Below are positions 42,367-53,032 of a stretch of 64,000 nt of DNA, in pieces; the stretch's first letter is position 1, and every line of letters starts with the position of its first letter. The stretch spans positions 12,951-76,950 of the forward strand of contig JBJMWI010000143.1 of NCBI GenBank assembly GCA_045810225.1, given 5' to 3'. Made by a program: the position numbers and the translations under genes. The notes under the pieces are model-generated. The model was not told the DNA's origin and searched no databases. It was given only the letters and a program-made list of their open reading frames with translations. The DNA is from Burkholderiales bacterium. GTDB lineage: Bacteria; Pseudomonadota; Gammaproteobacteria; Burkholderiales; JACQAP01.

Positions 42367-43114
42367 AGAACAGGAACTGGAGAAAAGCAGTGCGGAGGTT
42401 ACAGAACACTACCGTGCTGCCGTTCAAGACGAGCCGTCGGCGCGCGTTGATGCCGCAATCCTTGAAGCCGCGCGTAGCGAGGTAAAGCCGCCGGCACGCC
42501 GTCCGCGCGATTGGCAACTCCCAGCATCGGTTGCCGCGATGGTCATCATTGGGATAGCCATGGCGCTGCTTGTACGGGAAAACCAGGCGCCGCCGCCATC
42601 GCTCGATACGGCCAATGAAACGAAGCTTGCAAGGCAAGCCCCGCCGCACATGGCGATGAAGGTACAACCTAAGGCAAGCACCGACTCGATCCGCGAAAGG
42701 CCGTCCCGCGAACGCAGCCCGCGCCCTGATCGTGCGCTGTCCCCGCAACAGCAACCGTCCCCTGCTGCCCGGGACAGCAGCGCAGCGTCGGATAACGTAG
42801 CAGGTACGGCATCTGCCCCGGCTGCCGCGCCGGCAAACAGCGCGGAACCGGCAGGCAATGCCGCAGTGGAAAGCAAAAAAGCGGGATCCATGTCCGACGA
42901 AAGTGCAAAACCTCGAAGCAGCGACCAGGCGTTGTTGAAGCAAAAAGCCGATAACGCAATGCCTCAGCCAGACGACTGGCTGCGCAGGATCGATGACTTG
43001 CTGCGCGAGGGCAAGAGTGCCGACGCCCGAGAGCAGGTGCAGGCGTTCCACAAGGCGTATCCAAACTTTGCGTTGCCGCAGCGCTTTCAGGCATTGCTTC
43101 CCGGGCAACCTTGA
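42347..43114 (+). CDS. Putative single-pass membrane anti-sigma factor (SbrR-like)
   Basis: Overlaps the sigma 3' end; EPSARVDAAILEAAR...W..PASVAA TM helix, Ala/Pro/Ser linker, C-terminal helical domain WLRRIDDLLREG...F..AYP. Confidence 0.75.
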   Translation: MKPTSPEEQELEKSSAEVTEHYRAAVQDEPSARVDAAILEAARSEVKPPARRPRDWQLPASVAAMVIIGIAMALLVRENQAPPPSLDTANETKLARQAPPHMAMKVQPKASTDSIRERPSRERSPRPDRALSPQQQPSPAARDSSAASDNVAGTASAPAAAPANSAEPAGNAAVESKKAGSMSDESAKPRSSDQALLKQKADNAMPQPDDWLRRIDDLLREGKSADAREQVQAFHKAYPNFALPQRFQALLPGQP

Positions 43115-43137
43115 TCTGCCCGCATCGGCACGGTGCC

Positions 43138-43800
43138 TTACAACTTCAGCGCCAGCGTGAGGCCGTCGCCAATCGGCAATAACGAAATCTGCACGCGTGA
43201 ATCCAACCGGAGCTTTTCATTTAATCGCCGTATGGCTTGGGTGTCTTCGCTTTGCGACGCCATGTCCACGACTTGACCGCCCCACAGCGTATTGTCGATT
43301 GCAATCAGTCCGCCCGTACGGGCCAACATCAGCGCCCGCTCGTAATAATTGATGTAATTCACTTTGTCGGCATCGATAAACACGAAATCGAAACGACTGG
43401 TCTGTCCGCTTGCAATGAGCTGGTCGAGGGTTTCCAGCGCGGGTGCGAGGTGCAGTTTAATTTTGTGATCGACGCCTGCTTCCTTCCAGTACTTGCGCGC
43501 GATGGCAGTCCACTTTTCTGAGACGTCGCAAGCGGCGATGCGACCGTCCATCGGCAGCGCAAGCGCAATGGCAAGACTGCTGTAACCCGTGAACACGCCG
43601 ATTTCAAGGCATTGTCTGGCGTCCATGAGTCTGACCAGCAGTTGCATGAACTGACCTTGTTCCGGACTGATCTGCATCATCGACATGCTGTCTTGCGCCG
43701 TTTCTGCGCGCAGACGGCGAAGAACTTCGGGCTCCCGGACGGAATGCTCAACCAGATACGCGTGCAGTGCGTCCGAAAGCGAAAGCGTTCTATTAGCCAT
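43138..43800 (-). CDS. Class I SAM-dependent O-methyltransferase (caffeoyl-CoA OMT-like)
   Basis: MQISPEQGQF, LEIGVFTGYS, FIDADK..Y..YYE, DNTLWGG, PIGDGLT. Confidence 0.9.
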   Translation of the reverse strand: MANRTLSLSDALHAYLVEHSVREPEVLRRLRAETAQDSMSMMQISPEQGQFMQLLVRLMDARQCLEIGVFTGYSSLAIALALPMDGRIAACDVSEKWTAIARKYWKEAGVDHKIKLHLAPALETLDQLIASGQTSRFDFVFIDADKVNYINYYERALMLARTGGLIAIDNTLWGGQVVDMASQSEDTQAIRRLNEKLRLDSRVQISLLPIGDGLTLALKL

Positions 43801-43868
43801 TGCCTATGATAACCGCGCCGCCATTACGAAATGCACATTGCATTTCAATACGGCATAGCGCAGACGCT

Positions 43869-44756
43869 TTAAGTTCCCGCGTAACGTGCACCCGCGATGA
43901 CGGGAAGCCGCTTACGGTCCCAGTGCTCGATCCCCCAACGCAACAGCGCCAGTACGCCTTCCGCGCCTACTTCATCAGGCGGCGGATGCTGAAGAAACCG
44001 CAGCACATCGGCCAGCACGTGAGCCGCCCGTGCGGCAGAAATGGCAGCGGCGAGGGTTTGCTTGGAAAGTTTTTCACCGGCCGCGTTCAGCGCTACTGGC
44101 AAATGCAGGTAGTCCGGGGTCGCCAGACCCATGAGTCTTTGCAGATAAATCTGGCGCGGCGTTGACTCCATCAGATCCGCGCCCCGCACAACATGGGTAA
44201 TGCCTTGTGCGTTATCGTCCACGGCGCAGGCGAGATGATAGGCGAACACGTGATCGGCGCGATAAAGCACGAAATCGCCGACCTCGCGTTCGAGGTTCTG
44301 GGTGATCCGGCCTTGCAACAAGTCTTGGAAGGTTATTTCGGTAGGGCCGGTGCGTATTCGCCACGCGCGCACCTGACGTCCCGCAATGCCATGGCGGCAA
44401 GTCCCCGGATAGGCTGCGCCGCCGGAAAGCGCTTCACCGATTTCTTTTCGACTGCAACCACACGCGTAGACCAGTCCACTGCCGCGCAATTGCTGCAACG
44501 CTGCCTGGTATGCCTCTGTGCGTTTGCTTTGATAAATAATGTCGCCATCCCAGTGCAGTCCGAATTGTTCCAGGCAGCGAAGGATCGAATCAGCTGCGCC
44601 GGGCGCCACCCGGGGCGGGTCAAGATCATCAATGCGCACAGCCCACATGCCACCGTGGGCCTTGGCATCCAGATAACTACCGACGGCCGCGACCATCGAT
44701 CCAAAGTGCAAGGGTCCGGAAGGCGTCGGGGCGAATCTTCCGCGATAGATGTTCAA
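43869..44756 (-). CDS. gluQ: Glutamyl-Q tRNA(Asp) synthetase
   Basis: YRGRFAPTPSGPLHFGS, RIDDLD.PR, CGCSRKE..YPGTC, VVRGADL, KLSKQ; no anticodon domain; TTG start (44756/44759). Confidence 0.9.
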   Translation of the reverse strand: MNIYRGRFAPTPSGPLHFGSMVAAVGSYLDAKAHGGMWAVRIDDLDPPRVAPGAADSILRCLEQFGLHWDGDIIYQSKRTEAYQAALQQLRGSGLVYACGCSRKEIGEALSGGAAYPGTCRHGIAGRQVRAWRIRTGPTEITFQDLLQGRITQNLEREVGDFVLYRADHVFAYHLACAVDDNAQGITHVVRGADLMESTPRQIYLQRLMGLATPDYLHLPVALNAAGEKLSKQTLAAAISAARAAHVLADVLRFLQHPPPDEVGAEGVLALLRWGIEHWDRKRLPVIAGARYAGT

Positions 44757-44761
44757 CAACC

Positions 44762-45106
44762 TTATACCGGTAACGAACGGGCCAGGCGTGTGTACCCGAT
44801 CGCCGCGACGAAGAACACAAGCGACAATGCGATTTCCGCAAGCGCCAATGCCCGCCCGATTCCGTGCTCGCTCCACGCACGCACCACGCCTTCTATGAAG
44901 TAGGCCAATATCAGCATCGAAGACCACTGATAGGTGTAAGACTTGCCGCGCAGCACGCCGAACAGTGGCAGTAATAACACGAGCCCTTTGAGGACGAGCG
45001 CAGAACCACCGCTGCGCACCGGCGCCAACCACAGCTCCCAGGTGATACACAGCAGGATCAGGGCGACAAGGCTTGCGCTCGCCGCAATATGGGCAACGCG
45101 GATCAC
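44762..45106 (-). CDS. DUF2069 family membrane protein
   Basis: WELWLAP...LK...LLLPL.G...G..YTYQWSSMLIL.YF.EG. Confidence 0.82.
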   Translation of the reverse strand: MIRVAHIAASASLVALILLCITWELWLAPVRSGGSALVLKGLVLLLPLFGVLRGKSYTYQWSSMLILAYFIEGVVRAWSEHGIGRALALAEIALSLVFFVAAIGYTRLARSLPV

Positions 45107-45795
45107 GCGCGGCTGGCCTGCGCGAGTTTCACAAGTTCGCTGCGCGCCTCGCCTGCGTTCTTGACTTCCCCGGAGAATTCAAAGCGCAGAACTTCGCCGT
45201 CTGCCAGGACATCGAAGCCATCGCAATCGATGCCAATCATCGTCGCAGTCGCAGGCTTTTTGTCGTGCACATGGCGGCAATATTCCAGGACAGTGTGCGG
45301 GTGATCGTTGTTCATATGTTCGATCACTTCGCTCTCAGCTTGCGCGATCGGATAATCCGGCGCCAGATAACTTTCGGCGCTGATGGTATGAATGCTGCCG
45401 AATCCGGCGATGTAGCGCAGCGAGCGCGGCTCAATGCGGAAAAAACGAAAACCGCCAATTTGCAGGTATTGCCGCGCTTCCGGAAAAAAGCGCGCATAAC
45501 GGGCGGCAATCGCGGCATCGTCCACGGGCGCGATATCTCCAATCATGCTCACGCGCGCCTGTTCCTGCAGGTCGCGACCCAATGGAGAGACCAGAAAGGC
45601 GGTCCGAACATCGTGCTCTGCATTTTGCGTATGTTCCGCAAGATGGCTGATCAGCACGACGACCCTGCCACGTTGATCCGCGCAGAATGGCAAGGAAGAA
45701 GCGTACGGGTAGCCGGGGAATTTCGCCGATTGTGTTGCAAGCATGCCGGCCGTATACCTGCGTACCAGCTTGCGTGCATCCGATCCGCGGCTCAC
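45103..45795 (-). CDS. HugZ/pyridoxamine 5'-phosphate oxidase-like split-barrel protein with C-terminal DUF2470-like domain
   Basis: GMLATQS...GYPYAS, LISHLAEHTQN, YIAGFGSI, IEHMNNDH, GIDCDGFD; GTG start 45795. Confidence 0.85.
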   Translation of the reverse strand: MSRGSDARKLVRRYTAGMLATQSAKFPGYPYASSLPFCADQRGRVVVLISHLAEHTQNAEHDVRTAFLVSPLGRDLQEQARVSMIGDIAPVDDAAIAARYARFFPEARQYLQIGGFRFFRIEPRSLRYIAGFGSIHTISAESYLAPDYPIAQAESEVIEHMNNDHPHTVLEYCRHVHDKKPATATMIGIDCDGFDVLADGEVLRFEFSGEVKNAGEARSELVKLAQASRA

Positions 45796-45808
45796 GTCAA
45801 ATGCCGTT

Positions 45809-46453
<645 letters not shown>

Positions 46454-46460
46454 TCATAAC

Positions 46461-47723
46461 ATGAAACCTTACCTGAATTCAGTCAAAGAACTTGGACGCC
46501 AGTTCCGACTGCTCGGCAACTTTGTCGTGCTGGTTTACCGCCGTTTCAAGGAAGAGCGCTGTTTTCAGCTGTGCGGCAGTTTGACTTTCACCACCATGCT
46601 GGCTTTGGTGCCGTTGATCACCATCATGGCCACGGTCATGACTGCATTTCCAGTCTTCGATAACGTCGTTGAGACCCTGAGGAGTTACGTGGCTGGCAAC
46701 CTGGTGCCCGAAGGATCGTCAAAGCTGGTGACCACGTACATGCAGCAGTTCGCCGACAACGCCGCGCGCCTTACCGCACTTGGCATCGTGCTGCTTGGCG
46801 TGTCAGCCATCATGCTGATGCTTACCATCGACAGGGCCTTCAATACCATCTGGCGTGTGAAACGGCCGCGTTCACTGATTCAGCGAGTGCTGATCTACTG
46901 GTCGGTGCTGACCATCGGCCCGATACTGATTGGCGGCAGTCTGTCGCTGACTTCGTGGCTGGTATCGCAGTCGCTGGGCCTGGGCAAGCAGGCGCCCGAA
47001 CTTGTGGTCGCGTTCCTGAGATTAGGACCGATGGTCATGACATCCATCGCATTTGGATTTTTATACCGGACAGTACCGAACCGGCAGGTCACCGTACTCG
47101 ACGCCGCCGTCGGCGGCATCATTGCTTCTTTTGCATTCGAGGCCATGAAAATCGTCTTCGGGCATTTCATTGCGAATTTCGCCAGCTACAAACTTGTCTA
47201 TGGCACATTCGCCAGCCTGCCGATACTGCTGGTGTGGATTTATTTGTCCTGGGTGGTGATCGTTTTTGCGTCAGTCATCACGGCAGTGCTGCCGTATTGG
47301 CGCAGCGGCGGCGTGCTCTTGAAACAGGCGCCCGGTTCGCAATTCGTCGCGGCTATGGAATTCCTTAAGATGCTCTACCGTGCGTACCTGGACGGCGAAG
47401 TATTGAATCTGCAGCAATTGCGCATGGCCTTGAAGTTGTCCTGGGAAGAAGCCGAAGCCATCCTGGAAAAACTGGTCAACGCCGGATGGGTGGCAAAACT
47501 CCAGGGCAATGGCTGGGTCATTGCTCGTGATGCATCCAATATTCCAGTCAAGGAGATCTTCCGATTGTTTGTTTTCGGGCGGGATGCCGCGGAAGTCAGC
47601 GAGGAGTCCGCCATCCGCAAGCTCGTTGCGAGCGTTTCCTCGACGGTGGACGGCGAACTGAGTTTCAGTCTGAAGGATTTGTTTGCAACAGGAAGCAGTG
47701 CGCGCGCCGCGCGCGTAGCCTGA
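46461..47723 (+). CDS. YihY/BrkB (UPF0761) inner-membrane protein with C-terminal winged-helix extension
   Basis: SLTFTTMLALVP, FNTIW, YWSVLT.GP, YKLVYGTFA..PI.LVWIY.SW; C-terminal LEKLVNAGWV...W.IARD. Confidence 0.88.
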   Translation: MKPYLNSVKELGRQFRLLGNFVVLVYRRFKEERCFQLCGSLTFTTMLALVPLITIMATVMTAFPVFDNVVETLRSYVAGNLVPEGSSKLVTTYMQQFADNAARLTALGIVLLGVSAIMLMLTIDRAFNTIWRVKRPRSLIQRVLIYWSVLTIGPILIGGSLSLTSWLVSQSLGLGKQAPELVVAFLRLGPMVMTSIAFGFLYRTVPNRQVTVLDAAVGGIIASFAFEAMKIVFGHFIANFASYKLVYGTFASLPILLVWIYLSWVVIVFASVITAVLPYWRSGGVLLKQAPGSQFVAAMEFLKMLYRAYLDGEVLNLQQLRMALKLSWEEAEAILEKLVNAGWVAKLQGNGWVIARDASNIPVKEIFRLFVFGRDAAEVSEESAIRKLVASVSSTVDGELSFSLKDLFATGSSARAARVA

Positions 47724-47731
47724 GCGCCATC

Positions 47732-48199
47732 ATGCGAAAATGGCATGCATTATTATTGGCGCTGCTGCTGTTCTGGACAGCAGCGGCAGGATCTGCGGCT
47801 GAGGATTTCAGTGTTACGGATACGCAGGGCAAAACCCACAAGCTGTCCGCGTATCGAGGGAATTGGGTCATCGTGAATTTCTGGGCAACCTGGTGTCCGC
47901 CGTGCCTCGAAGAGATTCCGGACTTGGTCGCAATAAAGGAATCGCGCAAAGATTTGCAAATTATCGGCATCGCGATGGAATTTCAGGATGCCAGGCAGGT
48001 CGCCCAATTTGCGGAGGGCATGTTTGTCAACTACCCGATAGTCCTCGGCGACCGCAAGATCTCCGAAAGCGTCGGGCGCGTCGACGGCCTGCCGACCACG
48101 TTCATCTATGATCCGCGCGGCAAATTGGCTGAGCGCCATGTCGGCAAAATCACACGCAAACAAATCGAGCAGCTGATTGCCGGCAAGAAGGCCGGGTAA
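47732..48199 (+). CDS. TlpA family thiol:disulfide oxidoreductase
   Basis: Signal peptide, VNFWATWCPPCLEEIP, GLPTTF. Confidence 0.92.
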   Translation: MRKWHALLLALLLFWTAAAGSAAEDFSVTDTQGKTHKLSAYRGNWVIVNFWATWCPPCLEEIPDLVAIKESRKDLQIIGIAMEFQDARQVAQFAEGMFVNYPIVLGDRKISESVGRVDGLPTTFIYDPRGKLAERHVGKITRKQIEQLIAGKKAG

Positions 48200-48204
48200 A
48201 AAAA

Positions 48205-48870
48205 TCAGCCGCCTCCGCCAACGTAGCGCGTTGGCCCAATGATGATGCTCGGTTTGCCGCGCCCGTAATCCCAGTTGCCAGACCAGGCGCGCAGCACGTT
48301 GTCGGAGTAGCGTGACTGCCCGATTGAGCCGTTGTAGCGTGCCAGCGCGCGCGCCATGTCGCCATGTTCGATGGCCAAGTAATGGCGCAAGATCGTGCAG
48401 CCATAGCGCAAGTTGGTACGCAGATTAAACAAGTTCTGCTGGCCATCCCCGATAAGCTTTACCCAGAACGGCATGACTTGCATATATCCGCGTGCACCGG
48501 CTTTCGAGACGGCGTATTTGCGGAATCTGCTCTCGACCTGAATCACGCCGAGCACGAGTTGCGGATCGAGGCCGGCCCGCGAAGCCTCATACTGCACGGT
48601 AACCAGAAAGTCGTGGCGGGTGGTTTGCTCGGGAATATGGTTCTCGAGCCGCTTTGACATGTCGGCAAGCCATACCGCTGCATCGGTTTGCGACTCAAAC
48701 GTAAGCCGGGGACTGGCGCGGTCCGCCACTGAACGATGCAGCATGGCCTGCATACTGGCGGACAGCGCTTCATACTGCTGTTCGCCCGCAACGCCGACCG
48801 TCGCGACGTGCGCGCAGAAGAAAAAAAGCGCGCATTGCACTGCCTTGGGCATAGCTGCGCGCATGCTCAC
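48205..48870 (-). CDS. Lytic transglycosylase (SLT domain)
   Basis: [39 protein letters not shown]; start near the proS stop (48870/48864). Confidence 0.9.
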   Translation of the reverse strand: MSMRAAMPKAVQCALFFFCAHVATVGVAGEQQYEALSASMQAMLHRSVADRASPRLTFESQTDAAVWLADMSKRLENHIPEQTTRHDFLVTVQYEASRAGLDPQLVLGVIQVESRFRKYAVSKAGARGYMQVMPFWVKLIGDGQQNLFNLRTNLRYGCTILRHYLAIEHGDMARALARYNGSIGQSRYSDNVLRAWSGNWDYGRGKPSIIIGPTRYVGGGG

Positions 48871-50576
48871 TTGCACAGCGACACCAGACGATCTGAAGCG
48901 TCTTGCAAATCGATCGTTGAGGCGGATTGATCCGTCCGGCCCTGATATTCGAGCTTGCGGTCTTTGAGACCGCGTTCACCTATGGTGACCCGGTGCGGCA
49001 CGCCGATCAATTCCAGGTCCGCGAACATCACGCCAGGGCGTTCATCGCGATCATCGAGCAGCACATCAATGCCAGCCGCCTGCAACGCGTCGTGCAACTG
49101 GTCTGCGACCTCTTTTACTTGCGCGTTCTTGCGATAGCCAATAGGCGCAATGGCGACCTGGAACGGCGCCATGGGTGACGGCCAGATAATGCCTTTCGCG
49201 TCGTTTCCCTGCTCGATGGCGGCGGCGACGATACGCGATACGCCGATGCCATAGCACCCCATCTCCAGTACTTTGGATTTACCCTCTTCGTCCAGAAATG
49301 TCGCTTTCATCGCTTCAGCATATTTAGTGCGCAGCTGGAAAATGTGGCCTACTTCGATGCCGCGGCATATTTCGAGCACGCCCTGGCCATCTGGTGCCGG
49401 ATCGCCCGCTACCACATTGCGAATATCGGCCACCATTGCGGGCTCCGGTAAATCGCGACCAAAATTTACGCCAGTCAGGTGAAATCCCGCTTCATTGGCG
49501 CCGCACACGAAATCGCTCATGGCGGCAACCGAACGATCCGCGATAACGCGCAGGTCGGCAGGCACGCCGACCGGGCCGATGTAGCCGGGCCGGCAACCGA
49601 TGATGGCTTCAATTTCCTTTTCCGTGGCAAAGCGAAAAGGGGCAAGTCCGGGCAGTTTTGATGTTTTGACTTCGTTGAGCTGATGGTCACCGCGTACCAG
49701 CAGCATGGTCATGCGCTCTTCAGCCATGACGGCAAGTGCTTTGACCGACTGTGACAGCGGCACACCCAGCAACGCGGTCACGTCTTCACACGTGGTCTTT
49801 CCCGGTGTCGGTACTTTCTGCATGGTCTTGCCCGAAGGCGCACGATGCTTCACGGTTGGCACGGCTTCGGCAAGTTCGATGTTGGCGGCGAAATCCGAGG
49901 CCGTCGCATAAGCGATGGCATCTTCGCCTGAATCGGCCAGCACATGAAATTCATGCGACCCGGTCCCGCCGATAGCACCGGTATCTGCCGCGACAGCACG
50001 AAATTTGAGGCCAAGCCGCCCGAAGATTCTGGTGTAGGTTTCGTACATGTTGCGAGATTCGCGTTCAAGATCCTCGTAGTCCGTATGAAAGGAATACGCG
50101 TCTTTCATCAGGAACTCGCGCGCCCGCATGATACCGAAACGCGGCCTGATCTCATCGCGGAATTTGGTCTGGATCTGATAGAAATTCAGCGGCAACTGAC
50201 GGTATGAGCGGATCTCCTTGCGCGCGATGTCGGTGATCACTTCTTCGTGTGTCGGCCCAAAACAAAAATCACGCTCATGGCGATCCTTGATCTTCAGCAT
50301 CTGGGGACCGAACAAATCCCAACGTCCGGTTTCCTGCCAGAGCTCGGCTGGTTGCACGGCCGGCATCAGCAGCTCCACCGCTCCGGCACGATTCATTTCC
50401 TCGCGCACGATGGCTTCCACCTTGCGCAGCACAAGTAACCCAAGCGGCATCCATGTATATAGACCACTGCCAAGTTTCCTGATCAGCCCGGCGCGCAACA
50501 TGAGCTTGTGGCTGATCAGCTCCGCTTCGCTAGGCGCCTCCTTGAGAGTGGAAATAAAAAATTGCGATGTGCGCAT
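48867..50576 (-). CDS. proS: Proline--tRNA ligase
   Basis: [39 protein letters not shown], editing domain [24 protein letters not shown]. Confidence 0.99.
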   Translation of the reverse strand: MRTSQFFISTLKEAPSEAELISHKLMLRAGLIRKLGSGLYTWMPLGLLVLRKVEAIVREEMNRAGAVELLMPAVQPAELWQETGRWDLFGPQMLKIKDRHERDFCFGPTHEEVITDIARKEIRSYRQLPLNFYQIQTKFRDEIRPRFGIMRAREFLMKDAYSFHTDYEDLERESRNMYETYTRIFGRLGLKFRAVAADTGAIGGTGSHEFHVLADSGEDAIAYATASDFAANIELAEAVPTVKHRAPSGKTMQKVPTPGKTTCEDVTALLGVPLSQSVKALAVMAEERMTMLLVRGDHQLNEVKTSKLPGLAPFRFATEKEIEAIIGCRPGYIGPVGVPADLRVIADRSVAAMSDFVCGANEAGFHLTGVNFGRDLPEPAMVADIRNVVAGDPAPDGQGVLEICRGIEVGHIFQLRTKYAEAMKATFLDEEGKSKVLEMGCYGIGVSRIVAAAIEQGNDAKGIIWPSPMAPFQVAIAPIGYRKNAQVKEVADQLHDALQAAGIDVLLDDRDERPGVMFADLELIGVPHRVTIGERGLKDRKLEYQGRTDQSASTIDLQDASDRLVSLCK

Positions 50577-50642
50577 GCTTCTGATTGTTGTTGAAAAGCG
50601 GCTATTCTACAGGCCGGTATCTGAATCAGCGAAGAGGACAAC

Positions 50643-51422
50643 TTGCTCGGAAAGTGGAGAATCAATCGCAGCGTTAAGCGCGATGTTACCGTGGAGGTCA
50701 GCGAGAAAGACGGCATTCGGTCCTTGCATCTAGGCAGCGATACGGTGCAAAGCTCGATGAAGGTGGACGATCCTTACGAGCTGGTGCTGTCCTATACCCG
50801 GGCGATGATGGCATTCCTGTTGTTCCGACCGCGGCCGCGACACGTGGTCATGGTCGGTCTTGGCGGGGGCTCAATGCCGAAGTTTGTCCACCGCAATCTC
50901 AGTACCACGCGAACCACCGTGATTGAAATCGAACCCAAAGTCATTGGCATTGCCAGTCAGTATTTTCATTTGCCGCCGGAAGACGAGCGCCTGCAGGTTG
51001 TCGCAGCCGAGGGCGGCGAGTGGGTGGCGTCTCATCCGGATTGCTGCGACGTACTTATGGTTGACGGCTACGACAGCCGGGAACAAGTTCCGCAACTGTG
51101 TTCCGAGGATTTTTATGCGAATGCGCGTGCTGCATTAGCGGCCGACGGCGTGCTGGTGGTGAACCTGTGGAGTTCGGATAGCCGCTATGACGCGTACCTG
51201 CAGCGCATGGAAAACGTATTTGATGCACTGGTCTGTGTCCCCGCTGAAAGGCGCGGAAATGTTGCAGTTCTTGCCTTTCGGCAGACCCCGGGAAAGCCGC
51301 GGTGGGACGAGTTGCGTGCTTCGGCGCGCGCTCTGCAAGCACTATACGGCCTTGAATTTCTTAATTTTGTCGAAGGAATCCGCGAGCTGAATCCACGTTC
51401 CGCGACCCGCCTGTTGGTCTGA
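50643..51422 (+). CDS. Spermidine synthase-like SAM/dcSAM-dependent transferase
   Basis: RSLHLGS..VQSSM, LSYTRAMM, VGLGGGS, IEIEP.V, MVDGYD, GVLVVNLW. Confidence 0.8.
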   Translation: MLGKWRINRSVKRDVTVEVSEKDGIRSLHLGSDTVQSSMKVDDPYELVLSYTRAMMAFLLFRPRPRHVVMVGLGGGSMPKFVHRNLSTTRTTVIEIEPKVIGIASQYFHLPPEDERLQVVAAEGGEWVASHPDCCDVLMVDGYDSREQVPQLCSEDFYANARAALAADGVLVVNLWSSDSRYDAYLQRMENVFDALVCVPAERRGNVAVLAFRQTPGKPRWDELRASARALQALYGLEFLNFVEGIRELNPRSATRLLV

Positions 51423-51497
51423 TGCCGGATTGCGAAACTTTGTTTATGACGACATTTGTGGAAAAATCCGTTCATTGAATCGTTTTGGGTGGCTCAC

Positions 51498-52025
51498 ATG
51501 ATTGATCGTGATGGCTATCGCCCGAATGTAGGAATCATTCTTTGCAATGGCAGAAACGAGGTTTTCTGGGGTAAGCGGATAAAGGAACATGCTTGGCAAT
51601 TCCCGCAGGGCGGGATCAAGGGCGGTGAAACGCCCGAGCAAGCGATGTACCGCGAACTCAAGGAGGAGATTGGCCTCGATCCATGCCATGTGAAGATACT
51701 CGGGCGCACACGCGAATGGTTGCGCTACGACGTGCCGCAGAACTGGGTGCGGCGTGAAACCCGTACCCAGTATCGCGGGCAGAAACAGATCTGGTTTTTG
51801 CTCAGGCTGGTGGGCAGGGACTGCGACGTTTGCTTGCGGCAGTCAGAGCATCCCGAGTTTGATGCCTGGCGTTGGCATGATTACTGGATTCCGTTGGAAA
51901 ACGTCATCGAATTCAAGCGGGACGTTTACCAGCGTGCGTTGCAGGAACTGGTGCGATATCTGAATGGCCCGCGTATGAAGCGCGACGCCGGCGCACGGGG
52001 GCCGCTCACGCCGTTGGAGGGATGA
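51498..52025 (+). CDS. rppH: RNA pyrophosphohydrolase
   Basis: [22 protein letters not shown], Nudix box [29 protein letters not shown]. Confidence 0.97.
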   Translation: MIDRDGYRPNVGIILCNGRNEVFWGKRIKEHAWQFPQGGIKGGETPEQAMYRELKEEIGLDPCHVKILGRTREWLRYDVPQNWVRRETRTQYRGQKQIWFLLRLVGRDCDVCLRQSEHPEFDAWRWHDYWIPLENVIEFKRDVYQRALQELVRYLNGPRMKRDAGARGPLTPLEG

Positions 52026-52455
52026 TTTCCACCAGTTCCGGCGCCAGAGCCGGCGTTTCCAGTTCTGCGATCACGCTCAGGACTTTGCCTTTCTCTTTCG
52101 AATAATCAGCCGCATCCTGCAGTGCGGCCAGTGCCGCGGCGAATTCCTCTGGTTCCGTTCTGGCAAAATTCGATGCCTCGCGCAGTAACAACAGCGTGCC
52201 GCCTTCCCCAGGCTCAAGCTCGATCAGGCAGTCGTAGAAAGCATCCCAGTTGTGGCCAAAATAGTCCGGGAAACGCAGCGCCTGCGCGACGGCGTTCAGG
52301 AACGCCTTTTTGTCTCGGACTGCCGCAAGGCGCACGGGGATAACGGTCTTGCCACGTTGCACCGCCAACTCCAGCGCGCGGTCTGGTATGGCGCCGTGGC
52401 AGCGGAACACCCCGGTCACCTGCGATGTAATGACATCGCTGAACTGTTTTTTCAT
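52006..52455 (-). CDS. Barstar family ribonuclease inhibitor
   Basis: [26 protein letters not shown]; ATGA overlap with the RNase gene. Confidence 0.88.
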   Translation of the reverse strand: MKKQFSDVITSQVTGVFRCHGAIPDRALELAVQRGKTVIPVRLAAVRDKKAFLNAVAQALRFPDYFGHNWDAFYDCLIELEPGEGGTLLLLREASNFARTEPEEFAAALAALQDAADYSKEKGKVLSVIAELETPALAPELVEIIPPTA

Positions 52456-52856
52456 TCGACGATCCGCCTGAAGCTGCCGTAGTGGTCTTCGCTGTACCAG
52501 AATTGGCCGGTACTGGAAGCAACGATACGTCTGCCACCTCTGTCATGTCTTCCCGGTGTCTTTACGGTGTATTCCCGATAAGTGCCGCGCGGCGCAATCG
52601 GCAAGAGGCGCTCGCGATTGGAGAAGACAGTACCGTCCTGCGCATATGGAAACGGGCCTCCTTGCTTGATCAACGCCAGCGTCTCGCGCGCCTGTTCGGG
52701 CAATTCGCTTACCTGCACGATGCCACTGTCGCTCGAGAGTGTTCGTGCCCAGACGCTGTTGCCGGGTGCAAGCAGGCCAAGTCCCAGAAACAAGGCTACG
52801 CCAAACAATCGAACCGATCGGCGCCATGCTTCGTGTGCTTTCAACCAATCGATCAA
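52452..52856 (-). CDS. Secreted guanyl-specific ribonuclease (RNase Sa/N1/barnase family)
   Basis: Hydrophobic N-terminus; LPEQARETL.LI..GGPFPY..DG.VF.NRE..LP, YREYTV.TPG..DRG.RRIV, YSEDHY.SF; TTG start after AAAGGT. Confidence 0.9.
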   Translation of the reverse strand: MIDWLKAHEAWRRSVRLFGVALFLGLGLLAPGNSVWARTLSSDSGIVQVSELPEQARETLALIKQGGPFPYAQDGTVFSNRERLLPIAPRGTYREYTVKTPGRHDRGGRRIVASSTGQFWYSEDHYGSFRRIVE

Positions 52857-53032
52857 TGCATTACCTTTTAGCGGCAGCGGCTTGCCGTGATCATCGTGGA
52901 GAACGTTATTAAGCTGCCGTTTTGCTTTAGCAGCTCGTCCAAAACGAAATTTCGGCTTGAAAACAAGACTAACGGGAGGGTACCATGGGCTCCATGTGCC
53001 AACTGGCTGAACGGGCACGAGGAAATTGATCC

